A DNA stretch of 44,540 nt from sequence record MZ576218; one strand, given 5' to 3'. The notes beneath the pieces are model-generated. The model made no database searches. It saw only the letters and a list, made by a program, of their open reading frames with translations, and was not told where the DNA came from. Position 1 is the first letter of the stretch, and each line of letters begins with the position of its first letter. Position numbers and translations under genes: made by a program. The DNA comes from Escherichia phage vB_EcoS-phiEc4. Below, piece by piece: positions 42,032 through 44,540 of the stretch.

Positions 42032-42096
42032 ACCTCCTGTTCCATCCCTCTGCTCTCCAGTTTTATCCCGGCCCTGACCCAGCCGGGATTTTTTTA
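42032..42096 (+). ncRNA. candidate ~65-nt small RNA with CCUCC anti-SD-like motif
   Basis: bounded by promoter 41997..42025 and terminator 42065..42096; no ORF. Confidence 0.35.
42065..42096 (+). terminator. rho-independent terminator
   Basis: ATCCCGGC-CCTGACCCA-GCCGGGAT followed by TTTTTTTATC. Confidence 0.7.
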
Positions 42097-42117
42097 TCTA
42101 TTTCCGATAATGACTAG

Positions 42118-42146
42118 TTGACTATTACCACCGACCCTATTATATT
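42118..42146 (+). promoter_or_regulatory. sigma70-like promoter (TTGACT-17-TATATT)
   Basis: read directly; about 35 nt upstream of ATG 42181. Confidence 0.55.
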
Positions 42147-42180
42147 TACTCCATCGACAACGAGAACGGAGTAGAGAGAA

Positions 42181-42330
42181 ATGAAAATCACAGATATCGA
42201 TGCATTCGAAGACGCACAACTGATGGCACGCATCGCCGTCAATAACCTGAGTGGTAATATCCCGGCGGATGCGTTCTGGGCCGCCGCGATGCAGACACTG
42301 AAAGCCGCTTATGCAGGAGAGAAGAAATGA
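42181..42330 (+). CDS. 49-aa hypothetical protein
   Basis: not in track; RBS GGAGTAGAG; ATGA overlap with next ORF. Confidence 0.45.
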   Translation: MKITDIDAFEDAQLMARIAVNNLSGNIPADAFWAAAMQTLKAAYAGEKK

Positions 42331-42485
42331 GTGAACAAGGTCAAGTAAGCCAACCGTTACGAGTAGGCCGTAAAGTCAGTCACACCCCGTTCCCGACACG
42401 TGAAGAACTGATGAAACGTAACAGTTTCCCGGGGCCGGACAAGAACAAGTATCTCAATCGCATGTGGGGAGAGCGTAAAGAATGA
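42327..42485 (+). CDS. 52-aa hypothetical protein
   Basis: not in track; translationally coupled on both sides. Confidence 0.45.
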   Translation: MSEQGQVSQPLRVGRKVSHTPFPTREELMKRNSFPGPDKNKYLNRMWGERKE

Positions 42486-42871
42486 CTGACCGCGAATATG
42501 AAAAGATGATGGTTGAGGCCGTTAACAGCGGCGTAGACATCGGACACGTGATGCGCGTCCTGAATACTAAAATCGCGGTAGCCGAGCAAATGGTCGAGTC
42601 GCTTTACGAGACGCGCCGTATTCTGGTGCTTGAGTCGGAGAAACAGACGTTAGGAGGGCAACTGTCGATTAACGGTGAGTTTCAGCTGGAGGCGTTCCGT
42701 ATACTCCTCGGCGTTATGAAGCAGGAACCCAGCGCATACGCAGGAGTGTTCCTTGACGAGGAAGGTTCGCAGACACTAAGTTACTACGCTACCGAAGAAG
42801 AATTAGCGTTCGACGGCCCCGCGGTATCTATCCCGCTGTTCGATAACTGGATGGTGTACGACTATGACTAA
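42482..42871 (+). CDS. hypothetical protein
   Basis: 129 aa track ORF, ATGA coupling. Confidence 0.5.
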   Translation: MTDREYEKMMVEAVNSGVDIGHVMRVLNTKIAVAEQMVESLYETRRILVLESEKQTLGGQLSINGEFQLEAFRILLGVMKQEPSAYAGVFLDEEGSQTLSYYATEEELAFDGPAVSIPLFDNWMVYDYD

Positions 42872-43049
42872 AGCGCCTGAACCAGTAGTTATCGATGGCG
42901 TCCTGTGGAAGCCATACTCGGTTTACCACATCGACGCCGACGGGAAGAAGTTTAGCTTCTACATTTTTGCAATTAGCCGTGAGCACGCCGCTTGTGTGGT
43001 TGACGATATTCGAGAAACGGCGTGGCTTGGTGATGAGATAGCGGGGTGA
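42864..43049 (+). CDS. hypothetical protein
   Basis: 61 aa track ORF overlapping previous gene by 8 nt. Confidence 0.5.
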   Translation: MTKAPEPVVIDGVLWKPYSVYHIDADGKKFSFYIFAISREHAACVVDDIRETAWLGDEIAG

Positions 43050-43053
43050 GAGT

Positions 43054-43143
43054 ATGAGTCTCGAGGTGGTTATCGGTCTGGTGGGTCTTAGTTACTTCAT
43101 TGGGCTGTTGGTTGGGCTGTTGGTTGGGTTTCTGTGGGGGTAA
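43054..43143 (+). CDS. 29-aa hydrophobic peptide (MSLEVVIGLVGLSYFIGLLVGLLVGFLWG)
   Basis: not in track; RBS GGGGTGAG; contains tandem 12-nt repeat GGGCTGTTGGTT x2. Confidence 0.35.
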   Translation: MSLEVVIGLVGLSYFIGLLVGLLVGFLWG

Positions 43144-43149
43144 ATACTA

Positions 43150-43320
43150 ATGTTCAGTGACATTAACGCGGCAATCGAAGAAGCAATCTGGCGTCGCTAC
43201 AACGGCGAGCAACAACGGCATTTCTGCCTGGTGCAACGCGGTAACATGATTGCCGTAGTGCAGGACCGCGATAACAAATATCCGAATGCGATGTGGACAA
43301 CGAGGAATTTTTTAGGATGA
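43150..43320 (+). CDS. 56-aa hypothetical protein
   Basis: not in track; ATG 6 nt after previous stop. Confidence 0.4.
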   Translation: MFSDINAAIEEAIWRRYNGEQQRHFCLVQRGNMIAVVQDRDNKYPNAMWTTRNFLG

Positions 43321-43553
43321 TTACCAGCATTCCGAACCTGATTAAAGAATTCGGCACGATGGCCGAGACATGCCGGCAAACCGGCATCAACGAAATGACG
43401 ATTGCGAAGTACAGCAAAGACGTTGATTGCGAGCGCCACGTAATTTATAACAATCGTCTGATGACACATGTTAAGACAAGCCCGGTGTTATTCACGCGCC
43501 GAGGTATCACTAAAACTGAGCAACGCATTGCTAAAGAGGAGAGTGGAGAATGA
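43317..43553 (+). CDS. small HTH-like DNA-binding protein
   Basis: track ORF 43293..43553; ATG 43317 (ATGA overlap) or 43293; segment AETCRQTGINEMTIAKYSK looks helix-turn-helix. Confidence 0.45.
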   Translation: MITSIPNLIKEFGTMAETCRQTGINEMTIAKYSKDVDCERHVIYNNRLMTHVKTSPVLFTRRGITKTEQRIAKEESGE

Positions 43554-43822
43554 TTGAATATGATAACTACCACATAAACCGGTGTGAGGCACTTGAATTT
43601 TTGTCCAGAAACTTCCACGATTTCCCAGAACACATGCCTAATGTACGCGAAGTTGCGGAGGGTATTTCCGAGAACATATTCAAAGGCTGGCGATTCGTCG
43701 TTATTGATTCTGGTGAGTTGGTTTTCGCTGATTGCCTTTCACCATGTATTCGTAAAATAGACCTTGAGGAATTTAATGCAACTTTTAGTCTTTCCGAATG
43801 CCTGGGTTATAGCGGTAGCTAA
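43550..43822 (+). CDS. hypothetical protein
   Basis: 90 aa track ORF, ATGA coupling. Confidence 0.5.
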   Translation: MIEYDNYHINRCEALEFLSRNFHDFPEHMPNVREVAEGISENIFKGWRFVVIDSGELVFADCLSPCIRKIDLEEFNATFSLSECLGYSGS

Positions 43823-43880
43823 CGACCATTACGGCGGCGACGGTAAACGAGCGCCACGCCACGGCCTATATAACTGATAC

Positions 43881-43906
43881 AAGCCCTCTACGGAGGGCTT
43901 TTCTGT
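43881..43906 (+). terminator. rho-independent terminator
   Basis: perfect 8-bp stem AAGCCCTC/GAGGGCTT with TACG loop followed by TTCTGT. Confidence 0.65.
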
Positions 43907-43998
43907 ACATCCCGCCCAATCCCCTTATATAATCCCTTTAGACGCGTAGGGCGCGTCTGGTGCGCTCTGATGGTCAGACGCATATGCAAGGGGATTCT

Positions 43999-44540
43999 AT
44001 GAAGCTGAAACTTAAGCAGCCATCGCCAGAGGTGGTACAAGCTGCACATGAAGAAGCTGTTAGCGCAAACCGTCGCCGTAAACGACCGCGCGGTAAACAG
44101 AGCCTTTATCAATCATCACGTAACTCCGCCGCACTGTGGGACCCGGACTATTGCGACGCGTTAATCGAGTTCTTTGACCGCACGTCGTGGGAGCTTGTGC
44201 CAACGTCTAAGGGTGATGAACGCCCACTGATTCAGGATAAGCCGCCGTCACTGGCCCGCTTCGCCTTACACATCGGCGTCACTATCCCTATTATTAAGCT
44301 TTGGCTGCGTGAGATTCCCGCATTTGCAGAAGCCTGGGAGACAGCACAGGCGCTGGAAGAGGCATACTTCACTGAGACAGGGGCTGCGGGCATCTCGGCT
44401 ACGTTTGCCGCGGCTAAACTGGGCCTCAGCAAAGAGAAACCGGTTGCATCCACCGAAGAACCAGCACCGACTGAGATTGTTTTCAGTGTTGCGGAGCCTG
44501 TAGGTAAAATCGTAACAACGAACATGGGTGAGGTAGAGGA
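43999..44540 (+). CDS. terS: terminase small subunit (3' end runs off window)
   Basis: ORF open from ATG 43999 to window end (no stop, hence absent from track); basic N-terminus with RRRKRPRGK; sits immediately upstream of terL in the circular map. Confidence 0.6.
   Translation, partial: MKLKLKQPSPEVVQAAHEEAVSANRRRKRPRGKQSLYQSSRNSAALWDPDYCDALIEFFDRTSWELVPTSKGDERPLIQDKPPSLARFALHIGVTIPIIKLWLREIPAFAEAWETAQALEEAYFTETGAAGISATFAAAKLGLSKEKPVASTEEPAPTEIVFSVAEPVGKIVTTNMGEVE

Noticed and set aside
1-44540. Integrated prophage or temperate lifestyle
   Set aside because: No tyrosine/serine recombinase, no attachment-site-like repeats or host flanking genes were seen; the HTH proteins alone do not indicate lysogeny.
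1-44540. CRISPR array or large tandem repeats
   Set aside because: No regularly spaced direct repeats found on inspection; only short promoter-associated repeats and one tandem 12-nt duplication.

Overview
This window looks like a near-complete, circularly permuted genome of a tailed dsDNA phage of enterobacterial type. It opens at terL (nt 1) and runs off the end inside terS (43999..44540). All calls come from reading the ORF track and the sequence by eye (motifs, gene order, RBS and hairpin inspection); no database search or RNA folding was run. Plus strand 1..24241 carries packaging, head, neck and tail genes (portal, scaffold, major capsid, major tail, frameshift-type chaperones, tape measure, tip proteins, tailspike). 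Two small minus-strand accessory cassettes interrupt it: a lipoprotein plus micro-peptide (4432..4874) and an Imm-like / HTH-metallophosphoesterase / Pnk-type HAD phosphatase / dNMP-kinase-like operon (11695..14094). Minus strand 24270..37481 is a replication-recombination module (Toprim protein, SNF2 helicase, C5 DNA methyltransferase, VRR-NUC, family A DNA polymerase, Cas4/RecB-like exonuclease, primase-helicase, small HTH proteins). Plus strand 37959..43822 holds many small early genes and a holin-endolysin cassette; Rz/Rz1-like spanins sit separately at 5250..5745. No integrase or attachment site was seen, so the phage looks virulent. The most interesting signals are regulatory: (1) two paralogous promoter-proximal structured RNA elements (5032..5234 and 37621..37858) with compensatory base changes in two helices, each ending in a terminator-like hairpin; (2) a palindrome AATAG-N4-CTATT embedded in at least seven sigma70-like promoters; (3) the nucleotide/end-processing accessory operon inside the tail gene cluster. 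Gene content resembles Jersey-like siphoviruses with tailspikes, but that is inference from architecture only.
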